IMG/VR virus record: IMGVR_UViG_3300027869_000003
Coordinates: 1 to 56,735 of that record
Reading direction: 5' to 3' (one strand)
DNA length: 56,735 nucleotides
Source of the DNA: a virus
Taxonomy: Duplodnaviria; Caudoviricetes
Every line of letters starts with the position of its first letter. Position 1 is the first letter of the stretch. The notes beneath the pieces were generated by a model. The model was not told the DNA's origin. It saw nothing but the letters and a program-made list of their open reading frames with translations, and searched no databases. Shown piece by piece: positions 34,643 through 44,356 of this stretch. The translations under genes were made by a program, and so were the position numbers.

Positions 34643-35037
34643 TGCCCGTTAACCTGACTTATAAAGTCGCGCATTGCTTTTGTCGCCCTGGCCAACGCCG
34701 CGACATCACGTTGATCATACCGGCCATCCTTTTTTCGATGTTCTTCCATGATATTTCGTGCCACATCAAGCTTTTGCGATAAAATCGTTAGTTGGTCAAT
34801 GGAATCCGGTTCTGAATTGGGCGCCAGAACATAATTTTTCGCCTGATCTTTTGTGTCCGCCGCACCCCTGATGACCTCTATGGGATTACCTCCCTCCGCC
34901 ATGTCGGTTTCGTGCTCTTTTTTATGCACGGGCTGCCTGACCGGCCATGGCACATCCACCCTGACGGGCGGAGCCGAACGATACGGAGCCGGATGGCAGC
35001 CCGCCACGACCGCGAGCAGCAGTGCCGTTGCTTTCAT
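34639..35037 (-). CDS. Lipoprotein, o-spanin-like
   Basis: MKATALLLAVVAG-C lipobox, Pro-rich linker, in the lysis region. Confidence 0.65.
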   Translation of the reverse strand: MKATALLLAVVAGCHPAPYRSAPPVRVDVPWPVRQPVHKKEHETDMAEGGNPIEVIRGAADTKDQAKNYVLAPNSEPDSIDQLTILSQKLDVARNIMEEHRKKDGRYDQRDVAALARATKAMRDFISQVNGH

Positions 35038-35474
35038 CTGCGCGGAGGCTGGACATATGTTTGCGCGGCAGGTGGAACCTGGTTGCCGAGAAAGGTCAAT
35101 TGCGCCTCCATCCTGGTCAGCCTGAGATTGATGCCCTCGACCAATTGCTGCAATAACCTCAGGTTCTCGTCCGACAGGGTGCGGCGTTCCGCCATGTCCT
35201 TACGCAAAGTCTCCAACGCGGTCGCCATGTCGTGCTTCAGTGGATCAAGCGACGCGGCGACTTCTTTTTTCAGCCTGTCCCGGTCATCGTCGATGACCTT
35301 CAGCCTGTCCTCATGGCGTTGAACCTGAGAGTTCAGCGCGGCCATGAACCATGATCCACCAGTTGCCGAGCCGATGACTGTGAGCAAAATCACATACACA
35401 GACGATAACGGCATCGAGAGCGAATTATTTGCCTTCCTTCGCTCTGCAAACGGATCACCGGACAAGGATAGCAC
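35034..35474 (-). CDS. TM + coiled-coil protein, i-spanin-like (start uncertain)
   Basis: One N-terminal TM then a long coiled coil; coupled to the lipoprotein. Confidence 0.6.
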   Translation of the reverse strand: MLSLSGDPFAERRKANNSLSMPLSSVYVILLTVIGSATGGSWFMAALNSQVQRHEDRLKVIDDDRDRLKKEVAASLDPLKHDMATALETLRKDMAERRTLSDENLRLLQQLVEGINLRLTRMEAQLTFLGNQVPPAAQTYVQPPRR

Positions 35475-35635
35475 TCTGATTTGACATTTTAGATCTCCCC
35501 GGATAGTCAGTGCTGAAAATACAGCCCCGTAGTCAGAGATCAGAGTGTTTCATTACAGAATAGCGGAAGTGACGCGGTTTTTAACGCATTATTGTTTCCT
35601 TTCTGACGATATAATAACGCCAGGATACTTGTGAC

Positions 35636-35707
35636 TTACGCAAGCCAATACCGGACGCAGAACCATACCGTCATGCTGACCGCCACCAGCGCGGCCAGGA
35701 GCCTCAA
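35636..35707 (-). CDS. 23-aa hydrophobic peptide
   Basis: TTG overlapping the upstream TGA; MRLLAALVAVSMTVWFCVRYWLA. Confidence 0.4.
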   Translation of the reverse strand: MRLLAALVAVSMTVWFCVRYWLA

Positions 35708-35943
35708 TGCCGCCCGACGCCCATGCCGCCCGCGCACTGAATCAGATCGTACGCGAACCACACAAGCCAGATCAGAACGATCGCGACAAGCACGATATTA
35801 AGCACCTGCATGACGAGGTCGCCTGCCATGCCAAGCCAGCCAAGCACGACAGGGAGCACCCGACGAAAAATAGCGACGACCGCGCAGATGACGATCAACC
35901 ATATCAGCAAATTCACGAAGAAAGCCGCGCTAAAACAACCCAT
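35704..35943 (-). CDS. Two-TM membrane protein
   Basis: Highly hydrophobic 79 aa; AAAGGA RBS. Confidence 0.75.
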   Translation of the reverse strand: MGCFSAAFFVNLLIWLIVICAVVAIFRRVLPVVLGWLGMAGDLVMQVLNIVLVAIVLIWLVWFAYDLIQCAGGMGVGRH

Positions 35944-35945
35944 GA

Positions 35946-36389
35946 TCAGTGTCCTTTATGTGTGTCCATCAGCGCCTTCATGAGCGCATCCTGCCCGGCG
36001 CGAAGTTCACGGTCGCCGTCCTCGGAACGCTTGCCGACCACGCCGATGCGGTCCTTCAGTTCGACCGTTTGCGACGTCAAACCGGCGACGCTGGCGGAGA
36101 GGTCGCGCATCTCATGTCCGAGCAAACCTTCCAGCGTCGTGATCCGGTTCTCGTCCACCTTCTGCGACAGTTGCAGTTGCGACAGGATGACGTTGTGTTC
36201 CTGAAGCGATTTGATCGCGACATCGTGCGCCGTGATCCTGGCATCGTGGATCATGGAATCGCGCTCGTAAGCGCCGAACCGCCAGAACACGTAACCTACC
36301 GAACTGACCAGCCCGATCAGCGTCACGACGATCCCAAGCCCGACCTGTAAAGACTTCGCGACGTTCCAACTTCGCTCAACCGTGCTCAT
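35946..36389 (-). CDS. TM + coiled-coil protein
   Basis: GLGIVVTLIGLVSSVGYVFW TM followed by heptad repeats. Confidence 0.7.
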   Translation of the reverse strand: MSTVERSWNVAKSLQVGLGIVVTLIGLVSSVGYVFWRFGAYERDSMIHDARITAHDVAIKSLQEHNVILSQLQLSQKVDENRITTLEGLLGHEMRDLSASVAGLTSQTVELKDRIGVVGKRSEDGDRELRAGQDALMKALMDTHKGH

Positions 36390-36535
36390 GATTCTCTCAC
36401 CGAGATCCGGCACGGCAGCCTCCCCGCTATCGCTACCGATGATTTAACGCTATGATGACGATCTCGCCCTGTCCGTGTGCGTGCCTTGCTGTTTCGCGTG
36501 GTGCCGAGGCCGACATCAGGCAGCAGCGAAAGCCC

Positions 36536-38341
36536 TCACGGAAATGTCGCCATCGGATAAAACGCTTTCACATTGGCCAGCAGCGTCGTTTCATCACCAG
36601 CGGATGCCACGGCATTCGTAATGAAACCTTCCCAGAATTTGACCGGTGCGGGCGTGGTCAGATCGCCGCCGCCACCGAGCGACCATTTCGTGCCGGTCGC
36701 CATGTAACCGACGCCGGCCGTCACCGAATAGTAATTCGCCGCGTTGAAGCTGATCGAGTTCTGCCGTGTCGCGGAGTTGTATTTCGCGATGACCAGATTG
36801 GAGTTCGTCGGCAGATTGATCGAATAGAGCGGCGACGGTGGAAATCCCGTGGCGTTGCAACCCGCGCCAGCCTCGCAATCGATCGTCGCACAATAGGAGT
36901 TGCCGTTGCATTCCAGCACGCCGGGACCGGGATCACCGAACCCGAGCGCGATGAGAAAGGATGACCCGTTGACCCCGAGCGTGTGCGCCGATGGTCCCCA
37001 ATTGCCGCAGCACGCGCCATTGCCCGGCTGAAACTGTCCGATTTCAACGAGCGTTCGATCGGCGCCACCCGAGACGATGCCAGTGCTGTTGCCGTCCGTT
37101 CCGGTGCCGATCAAATATTGATACCCGAATCTCGGAGGACCGCCGAGGATGTTCGTCGCGATCTCAGGAAGGCCCGTCGTGGCGCCAAGAGCAAGTGGCG
37201 CGGCACACGGAGGACGTGTCGGAACCGCCGGCACGGTGCAGTCGGGACGGTTCACATCGCCACCGTTCCCGAGTGTGGAATAGTGCAGAGGGTTGGCGGC
37301 ATTCACGTTCGGGTAAATCTGAACGATGTGGCAATTAGAAAGCGTCCCGCCGCAGAACGCGGAGGCCGCGCTCATGTCAACGACGCCGCCGGTCTGGCCG
37401 ATATCGAGCGTCGATCTGTCGGAGTTTTTGGCGATCTGGAACAAAGGCCCAACGTACGCCGCGCGCATCGTCCGGGTCAGTGACCACGCTTCCTGGCACC
37501 CGGACGCCAGAGCATCACACGGCGACGTTGTCGCGACCGGAGCCTGAAGTACGGCAGAGGATATAAACACCGCCTGCGACGCCGCCATGATACCGCTTGT
37601 GCCGGTCCATGTCGGGTTGTCGCCTGTCGCGGCTGTCTGGATATTATACGCCAAGGCGCCGCCGCCGCCGTTCGTCCCGTCCCATGGCAGCTTGTCGGTG
37701 ATATTCGCGGAGAACGGACCATTGACCGTCAACGTTCCGGTTTGCGTCGATGTCACGCCCGCGATGCTCAGCATAAAATTATGCTGCGGCGAGACGCCGC
37801 CGGCTTGCAGCGTCGTGACGGATGCGCCGCCCGAGTTCGCGCTGGAAACGTCATTGGCGGCGAGCGAAATCGTGCCGGCGCCTTTGAACGCGGCGACCTG
37901 AATGCTGCCGAACAACGATGCCGCCGTCTTCGTGAACGTGAACGTATGCCCCGCGCCGGTCGTGCAAGGCGCCGCGTAGCAAATGCCGCTGCCGGTCGTG
38001 CTGCCGACAGGCGCCGACGCGGTCAGCCATGTGTTGCTCTTGCTGTCCGAGATATTCGCAGCGCAAGTGATCGACGTGGAACTGACCGCCCAAGATGGCT
38101 TGACGATGCAGATGTTCGCGGTCGAGGTATCGATCGCCGGCGTCGTCACGGTGTTCTGACTGGCGACGCTTGTTGTATGCGCGACCAGGGCGAACGGCGA
38201 GGACGGAGGCGGCGCGGGGGGCGCGGAACTGTTCGACACGGACACGCCACCGCCGATGTTGACCCCGTTCAGGATCGTCACACGCGCGTTTGCCAGAACA
38301 GGCGCCAGAGCGAACAGGGCAAGCCACTTCCACATGGTCAT
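36536..38341 (-). CDS. Signal-peptide-bearing Cys-rich protein with a C-terminal GH54 (arabinofuranosidase B catalytic)-like domain
   Basis: MTMWKWLALFALAPVLANA; PCD...SLTR..AAY.GPLFQ, DIG..GG...AFC, GACC, LGGGGD, FWEG.IT. Confidence 0.7.
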   Translation of the reverse strand: MTMWKWLALFALAPVLANARVTILNGVNIGGGVSVSNSSAPPAPPPSSPFALVAHTTSVASQNTVTTPAIDTSTANICIVKPSWAVSSTSITCAANISDSKSNTWLTASAPVGSTTGSGICYAAPCTTGAGHTFTFTKTAASLFGSIQVAAFKGAGTISLAANDVSSANSGGASVTTLQAGGVSPQHNFMLSIAGVTSTQTGTLTVNGPFSANITDKLPWDGTNGGGGALAYNIQTAATGDNPTWTGTSGIMAASQAVFISSAVLQAPVATTSPCDALASGCQEAWSLTRTMRAAYVGPLFQIAKNSDRSTLDIGQTGGVVDMSAASAFCGGTLSNCHIVQIYPNVNAANPLHYSTLGNGGDVNRPDCTVPAVPTRPPCAAPLALGATTGLPEIATNILGGPPRFGYQYLIGTGTDGNSTGIVSGGADRTLVEIGQFQPGNGACCGNWGPSAHTLGVNGSSFLIALGFGDPGPGVLECNGNSYCATIDCEAGAGCNATGFPPSPLYSINLPTNSNLVIAKYNSATRQNSISFNAANYYSVTAGVGYMATGTKWSLGGGGDLTTPAPVKFWEGFITNAVASAGDETTLLANVKAFYPMATFP

Positions 38342-38787
38342 GAGCCGGCCTGGACCCCTACCAGGCACGTCCCTGTAGAGCAGACGCCCGTGATGGCGGT
38401 GCCAACAGGTTGACCGCTGATCGTGGCGACCTGCCCAGGCTGAAGAACAACACCCGTGTTGATGACCGCTGCCGTTCCGAAAAGGTTCAACGTGAGCGTG
38501 CCCCCGCCGCTCGCCGTGGCGTTCGAGATTATCACAACCTTCTGGCCCGCCGGCGCCACAGTCGCCGTCGTGGTGACGGACACCAAGGCCGGTGCGATCC
38601 ATGTGATTGTTGATGTAGCTGCCGATGCCGACGTGCAGAGGTTGCCGTTCACATCCATATAGACCTGTGACACGCCTATCGGCGGCTTCGCATCGCCGCA
38701 ACTCGTCACACGGATCGCGGTCTGCGCGGCGGCCTGTCCCGTCAATCCAATCGCCATCAATGCGGCGAGCCATGTCAAACGCATCAC
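38338..38787 (-). CDS. Signal-peptide-bearing beta-sandwich protein
   Basis: MMRLTWLAALMAIGLTGQAAA signal; four Cys; GAGGA RBS. Confidence 0.75.
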   Translation of the reverse strand: MMRLTWLAALMAIGLTGQAAAQTAIRVTSCGDAKPPIGVSQVYMDVNGNLCTSASAATSTITWIAPALVSVTTTATVAPAGQKVVIISNATASGGGTLTLNLFGTAAVINTGVVLQPGQVATISGQPVGTAITGVCSTGTCLVGVQAGS

Positions 38788-38811
38788 CCTGTTCCTCTTT
38801 TCAAGATTGGA

Positions 38812-41040
38812 TCAATGCCCGATCGCGCGACAAAACACGCCTGATGCTATCCCCACTCCCGCCGCCGCCGTATAAACCGGGATCGACGTTGTCGTCTGAG
38901 CGCCAAAAACCACAACAACATCAGACGGAATGGTGCCTTGTGCATTTCCTTGCACGCTCAACATCGCCGTAACGAACGGCTGAGCGAATGTGAACGTGCC
39001 GTGTCCTGTAATGTCCGTCACTACCAAAGCCCAATTCTCGATCGTGCCATCAACATCAATACGCCATCCTGGCGATGTGAGGCTTGAACTCCCGCCGCCG
39101 GTCGTGACGACATGACCCGCCTCGAACCACTGAAATCCATTGTGGATCAGATCAATGGACATGCCCTGGATCGTCGTGACATTGGCGCTACCAACCAAAG
39201 AAATGCCATCAGCAACGTGAGAGTGGGTAATCACGAGAGCGGCATCGAATACAAACCTAACGCGGCGCCCCGACCATCCGTTGAATAGCGCGTTAATGGT
39301 CGTCGTTCCGGATACCTCGAAGAAATCGAACGACCTGGGAAGATCGATGGACCCTGCTGACGGGATGACAAATGGCGCCATGGTAGTCGATACGCCGGCC
39401 GATCCTCCACCGAGATTAAGGCGGATGAAATCGCAATCAGGAGAAACGTATATCCCGCCCCCACCGCCCTGATTGAATACCACGGCATTCGTGATTTGTT
39501 CGGCGCGAAAACCTCCGCATATCGTGACAAAACTATCAGGTGATACAACTGTCACGCAAATCACGGCCGCATCAACCGTGCCGCCGATTATCTTCACGTC
39601 TCCTGAATAAATCTGGTATGCGGTAGCGGCGGTGTTCGAATAGCAGGAAGAAAATTCCATATAGTCCTGTGTAGGAACATCCACCACGTATCCTACCGCG
39701 TCTGTGTTGCCGGCATTGGCGAACGCGGTGCAACCAATCGCACGGCTACCTTCAATTCCTGTGTCAAATCTGAATCCGATAGCCAGATCATAAATCCCAT
39801 CAGCCTGACAGTCTAATAGCAACGCGCCACCGCATTGACCGATGTGATAGCCAATCTTATAACTGATGCAAAAGTTATGACGAAGCGATGGAAGATCGGA
39901 GGCCGTCACGTCATACGCCGTGCCTGTACGGAAATGCTGAGCCGCGGACGCGCTCGCGCTATAAGTGCAAAACGGCCAGAAATGACAATTCATGATGTTT
40001 GGCGTATCGTGCGAATTGTCGATCCGAATACCGGCGTTATTGTCTCCCCATAACCATTCAATCTTCTGCCGAACGAACGAGTTTCCACCAGCGACGCTGT
40101 AATATGCCTGCGCGAAGCCAAGGACCAGACAATACCCGACATACACGTCGTCACCAGCTACCGTGATCGCGGTTCCGGCGAACGCCGAACTGTCGGCGGC
40201 GGGGATGACAAGACCCTGACGATAGACCGGCACACCACGCAAGGCGGATGAACTGTTGAGCGTGATCGTTGCCGTCGACGCCAGGATCAAGGCGCCATTG
40301 AGCGTGGTCAGGTCCAGGGACTGAGGCGAAGATGCTGATGAATTGGTTGATCCTGGGACGTTCCATCCGGCGTGAAGGGCAACGCCCTTCGGCACGGTAA
40401 TGGTGGAATCGCAGAGATGCCGCCCGGTCGCGGACAGCCACACGTCTCGACCAGGCGTCGCCGCCGCCAGAGCCGCGTTGATCGCGTCGGTGTCGTCAGT
40501 CGTGGCGTCGGCCTTCGCGCCAAACCACATAACGGACCATTGCGCGTCCGGGATTTCCCGAAACCACCGCTGGCCCGCGGCGTCAACGACGATCGTCCCA
40601 CCGTTATCGATGGAGGTATGGTCCGATGGGATGAAGATGAAATCTCCGGCGCCCGCATCCCCGGGCACATAGTATCCCGTGACCTCGACCTCGTAAGGCG
40701 CCGTGACGATCAGGGCATTCGCGCGAAGGTCCGCGATCGTGGCGAATGTGCCGGATTGGAGGGGGGCTGAAACGATGCCGCTGTAAGCATCAACGATATT
40801 TCCTAATGCATCCGTGGTATCAAATTGATAAATTCCAGTTCCGTAGATCGTCGCGGCTCCATCAGCATTGAGAACTATTGGGTTGGAATTCGCGATACTC
40901 ATCGCGGCGTCCTGCCACGTTGAGCGCAATGGTCCGCCGCCCGGCGTGGAAGTAGTCACAAGTCCGCCACTGAGGGGGTTCCCGTTCTGGTCGAACGCCA
41001 CGTATTTGGGCAGAGAAAGCAAGCTGGCAGTCGCCATCAT
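38812..41040 (-). CDS. Tailspike (head-binding domain + pectate-lyase-3 beta-helix + C-terminal fibre domain)
   Basis: DQNGNPLSGG..NSNPIVLNADG, GYY.PGD.GAG.F, SVMWFGAKAD..TDDTDAINAAL, DGTIENW..F.QPF. Confidence 0.88.
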   Translation of the reverse strand: MMATASLLSLPKYVAFDQNGNPLSGGLVTTSTPGGGPLRSTWQDAAMSIANSNPIVLNADGAATIYGTGIYQFDTTDALGNIVDAYSGIVSAPLQSGTFATIADLRANALIVTAPYEVEVTGYYVPGDAGAGDFIFIPSDHTSIDNGGTIVVDAAGQRWFREIPDAQWSVMWFGAKADATTDDTDAINAALAAATPGRDVWLSATGRHLCDSTITVPKGVALHAGWNVPGSTNSSASSPQSLDLTTLNGALILASTATITLNSSSALRGVPVYRQGLVIPAADSSAFAGTAITVAGDDVYVGYCLVLGFAQAYYSVAGGNSFVRQKIEWLWGDNNAGIRIDNSHDTPNIMNCHFWPFCTYSASASAAQHFRTGTAYDVTASDLPSLRHNFCISYKIGYHIGQCGGALLLDCQADGIYDLAIGFRFDTGIEGSRAIGCTAFANAGNTDAVGYVVDVPTQDYMEFSSCYSNTAATAYQIYSGDVKIIGGTVDAAVICVTVVSPDSFVTICGGFRAEQITNAVVFNQGGGGGIYVSPDCDFIRLNLGGGSAGVSTTMAPFVIPSAGSIDLPRSFDFFEVSGTTTINALFNGWSGRRVRFVFDAALVITHSHVADGISLVGSANVTTIQGMSIDLIHNGFQWFEAGHVVTTGGGSSSLTSPGWRIDVDGTIENWALVVTDITGHGTFTFAQPFVTAMLSVQGNAQGTIPSDVVVVFGAQTTTSIPVYTAAAGVGIASGVFCRAIGH

Positions 41041-41047
41041 TTTGTCC

Positions 41048-41077
41048 TTGACGTAGTTCCGATATGGTGCCTATAAG
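41048..41077 (+). promoter_or_regulatory. Promoter of the antisense moron (probably leaderless)
   Basis: TTGACG-18-TATAAG, ATG 5 nt downstream. Confidence 0.65.
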
Positions 41078-41082
41078 CACTC

Positions 41083-41226
41083 ATGATCGGACACAAACAG
41101 ACTATTACGTTCACCGTGCCGCAAGCCGAATATCTGAAAGCCGAGGCAATTTCCCTTGGGATTTCGGTTGCTGACTTAGTGCGCCGTATCGTGGATGCAC
41201 ATCGCGGCAGTAAGGCGTCCGGGTAA
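41083..41226 (+). CDS. CopG/Arc-like RHH protein (47 aa)
   Basis: Own translation MIGHKQTITFTVPQAEYLKAEAISLGISVADLVRRIVDAHRGSKASG. Confidence 0.75.
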   Translation: MIGHKQTITFTVPQAEYLKAEAISLGISVADLVRRIVDAHRGSKASG

Positions 41227-41233
41227 TGGGCAC

Positions 41234-41890
41234 GTGAGCGCTCGTATTGATCTGACTAATCGTGTGTTCGGCCGGCTGACTGTAATCGCCTATGCGGGAA
41301 ACGATAGGCATCGCAACGCGGTGTGGAAATGCATTTGCGTCTGCGGAACCGAGACCACATCTCCTGGAAAGTGTCTTAGGACTGGCCAGACTAATTCCTG
41401 CGGATGTCTGTCTATCGAGCGGACTAAACAATTCAATACCACTCACGGTGCTACCGCGAACCGCACAATCAAGCCGACCTATAAAGTGTGGATCGGAATG
41501 AAGCAAAGGTGTTCCAGTCAAGAGGACTCGAAGTTCAGGACTTATGCTGGACGTGGCATCGCCGTATGCGAAAGGTGGAATGATTTTGCCAACTTTCTGG
41601 CGGATATGGGAGAAAGACCGCATGGAAAGACCATTGAGCGTCTTAATAATTACCTGGGATATTCTCCAGATAACTGCGTATGGGCGACGCCTAAGGAGCA
41701 GTCGCTCAACCGAAGAGATACAAACCGAATAACAATTTGTGGGAAACGGAAACCGATGCAAACAGCTTGTCAGGAGTACGGTATCAAATATGCCACCGTC
41801 TACTCGCGGCGAGTGAGACATGGGGTTCCGCTTACGCAAGCTTTTCTCGATGTCTTGGATAAGAAACTTCATCCCTCAATCTATAACTGA
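41234..41890 (+). CDS. HNH-like homing endonuclease
   Basis: DLT..FGRLTV, W.C.C.CG, SCGC, W..MKQRC, Y.GRGI.VCERW..F.NFL.DMG.RP, TIERLNN..GYSPDNC.WAT. Confidence 0.88.
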   Translation: MSARIDLTNRVFGRLTVIAYAGNDRHRNAVWKCICVCGTETTSPGKCLRTGQTNSCGCLSIERTKQFNTTHGATANRTIKPTYKVWIGMKQRCSSQEDSKFRTYAGRGIAVCERWNDFANFLADMGERPHGKTIERLNNYLGYSPDNCVWATPKEQSLNRRDTNRITICGKRKPMQTACQEYGIKYATVYSRRVRHGVPLTQAFLDVLDKKLHPSIYN

Positions 41891-41902
41891 TCGGACCGTC
41901 AA

Positions 41903-42184
41903 ATGGTCGTTCTCATCTGGGTTGGCGTGTTTCTGGCGCTGCTTTATTTTTGGCTCATTGGAGGATGGTTCGCGCGTGTGCTGATGTGCATGTTACTGAT
42001 GGCGACATTTGGCGCTGTTGGCGTCGTCATGGGTCAAAAGATACCGGCGACCATAGTCACATTCGGCCTGATGGGCGCTGGAATCGGATGGGCGATCGGC
42101 AGTGGACCAACATGGTATTGGCGTGAGAGAATGCGCTCCATCGCGCAAGCCGAGAACGCACATGCGATGACCCTGTATCGCTGA
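41903..42184 (+). CDS. Three-TM membrane protein, superinfection-exclusion candidate
   Basis: Hydrophobic 93 aa; antisense, abutting the last ejection-protein gene. Confidence 0.7.
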   Translation: MVVLIWVGVFLALLYFWLIGGWFARVLMCMLLMATFGAVGVVMGQKIPATIVTFGLMGAGIGWAIGSGPTWYWRERMRSIAQAENAHAMTLYR

Positions 42185-44356
42185 TCATGGCGCAGGGGGA
42201 ACCCCAGAACCCAAAGTGGAAAGCGCATTTTGCATACGGCGAGATTGAAGTCGCGTCGCCCCAGACCGCAAAAGCGAGGAACCTAGATGTGTCGCGCCCG
42301 CCACGGCCATCGCCGGCAGAAAGCCAGTAGACGCACCAAAAGCAGCGCCGCCGGCCGCAAGAGGAATGAGGCGGCTCCCAAAGACGTGCAATGCCCCTCC
42401 CAGAACGCCTCTGTCAGCAGCGGCCTTTAGAGCCGAAATTTCCTCTGGGCTATACCCGCGTGATCTGGCGGGATTGGACAACAGAGTTCGGATGCCAGAT
42501 TTTATGCCGGTCGCAGGGTTATCGGTCATGCCCGCACGCGTCACGATCCGCTCCAGGTCGCTCATTTTCATCGCTTGCGACCACGCCTTACGAGCATCAC
42601 TTAGCGCGGCAAAACCCTCTTTCCCCCCGGTTATATCGGATGGCCCAGCGTCCTGGATCATGTTGCGAAATGTCGTTTGAAGATCCTGGAGATTCTTGCC
42701 GTCTTTTGATAAACCTCTCGGCCCATATTCCTTGTCGATCAGGTTGCCAAGCCCCTCGTCAATCTCCTGCACGCCAGACAGAGATATTGGATTGTCACGC
42801 AATGCCTGCATCCGGTCCACAAGTTTCGTAACAGGATTTTCCCCCGCGACGATCTGGCCTTCAGATGTTTGCGGCGCGGCACTTTCCACGCGATCGATGA
42901 ACTTGTTCGTGAAATCTGGCGACAGCGTGCCGCCAGCATCGTCCGCTTTCTTATAGTAGGCTCCCGCGATTTGCTTTGCTTCTGCCGAAGTGGTTGGTAG
43001 TCCCACATTGGGAACAACCTCGCGAGGCATGGGGGGTACCGCGTTCAGAGGCGTCCCTGCTTCCCCTGGTCTCGCCACAAGCGGCATTCCAGTCTGTGTA
43101 GCTGGCGCACCCGGGAACGGTGTTTGGCTTGTCACCGCCGTTCTGGCGTCCGCGGTCAATGGATTCGCCATAAACTCAGGCGACAATGGAGCGATACGCA
43201 AATCCCCAGGAGAAGGAAGGCGCGCTTCAGGTGCTCCCAACTGAATGTCGCGCCCAAGCGGCGACATAATCGACGCGCGAGGCTGCAATGGGTTTGGGTT
43301 GCCCACCCTGGCTCCCAACATAAGCATCGTCGCGGCTGGGCTGACCTTTCCAGCGAGCGGCGCATTTGGACCGCCCATGCTGGTTTCCAGTCCAGTTCCT
43401 TCCAGTAGGTCGAGCACTGGATTGACGAGTGGCGCAATCGCCGCGCCAGGATCGAATTTAAGCCCGCTCCATCCGGATTTTGGATCGATCTCGCCTGACC
43501 CTGGCGTTGTTTCCTTCCAGGCTAATGGCAACAAAGGGATTGGCGCACGGACGTAGCCCGGTTCTGGCATTAGCGCATTCCGCATTCCCTGACCGCTGGA
43601 AAGTGCTCTGACGATCGGGGCTCCGTCAGTCTCTGACGGAGATGCCTGAGCAAGGGGAGAGACTGGATTTCCATATTGATCCCTCCCCTGACCAGAGATG
43701 TCATTCGGAGTTTCCGCCATGACGGTCTCCGACTTCGGCGGGGCCGCCCCCGTCATTTTCAGGAAATCGTCATCGGACGGAATACCAGGCGCGGCATTCG
43801 GCGCCGCCGTGGTCGCTCCGCCAGCATCAGGCGACTTCGCAACCGTGCCAGTGGCCTTCAGGAAGTCCTCGTCGGACGGAACATCGGATGGTGGTGGAGG
43901 TGGCTTCGCAGCCGCTGTTCGCGGACCTGCCATGGGCTGATCTACCTTAGCGAACCGTTGATAATGCGCTGAGACAGCCGGAATATATGCCTTGGTCTCA
44001 TTCGGCAGGCCGGCTTTGCCCGACAGATACGCATCGACGCGGTTCGGCCCGGCATCATAAGCCATGCTGGCGTGGATGGGATTGCCGTATTTGTCGAGCA
44101 ACTGACTGAGATATTTCGCGCCTCCGTAAATCGCCTGCATCGGATCATGGACATCCTCGACGCCCAGATCGCGGGCGGTTCCCGGCATGATCTGCATGAG
44201 ACCGCCGGCACCGGCCGTCGAAGTGATCGGGCGGCCGAACCTGTCAACTCGATTGCCGCCGCTTTCCTGTTGCATGATGGCCTTGATCCAGGTCGGATCG
44301 ATGTTCCATTCACGCGCCGCGTCCTGTATCAGCGGGTCGTAATCACTAACCGCCAT
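42185..44356 (-). CDS. DNA ejection protein with an N-terminal lytic transglycosylase (SLT) domain
   Basis: AIMQQESGG, AGGLMQIMPGTA, GAKYL, AYDAGP, ETKAY. Confidence 0.88.
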   Translation of the reverse strand: MAVSDYDPLIQDAAREWNIDPTWIKAIMQQESGGNRVDRFGRPITSTAGAGGLMQIMPGTARDLGVEDVHDPMQAIYGGAKYLSQLLDKYGNPIHASMAYDAGPNRVDAYLSGKAGLPNETKAYIPAVSAHYQRFAKVDQPMAGPRTAAAKPPPPPSDVPSDEDFLKATGTVAKSPDAGGATTAAPNAAPGIPSDDDFLKMTGAAPPKSETVMAETPNDISGQGRDQYGNPVSPLAQASPSETDGAPIVRALSSGQGMRNALMPEPGYVRAPIPLLPLAWKETTPGSGEIDPKSGWSGLKFDPGAAIAPLVNPVLDLLEGTGLETSMGGPNAPLAGKVSPAATMLMLGARVGNPNPLQPRASIMSPLGRDIQLGAPEARLPSPGDLRIAPLSPEFMANPLTADARTAVTSQTPFPGAPATQTGMPLVARPGEAGTPLNAVPPMPREVVPNVGLPTTSAEAKQIAGAYYKKADDAGGTLSPDFTNKFIDRVESAAPQTSEGQIVAGENPVTKLVDRMQALRDNPISLSGVQEIDEGLGNLIDKEYGPRGLSKDGKNLQDLQTTFRNMIQDAGPSDITGGKEGFAALSDARKAWSQAMKMSDLERIVTRAGMTDNPATGIKSGIRTLLSNPARSRGYSPEEISALKAAADRGVLGGALHVFGSRLIPLAAGGAAFGASTGFLPAMAVAGATHLGSSLLRSGATRLQSRRMQNALSTLGSGVPPAP

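Noticed and set aside
35455-35487. 10-codon ORF with a strong GGGAGA RBS overlapping the i-spanin-like start (possible frameshift or uORF)
   Set aside because: It cannot be distinguished from chance without homologs or reads; it only flags the start of 35034..35474 as uncertain.
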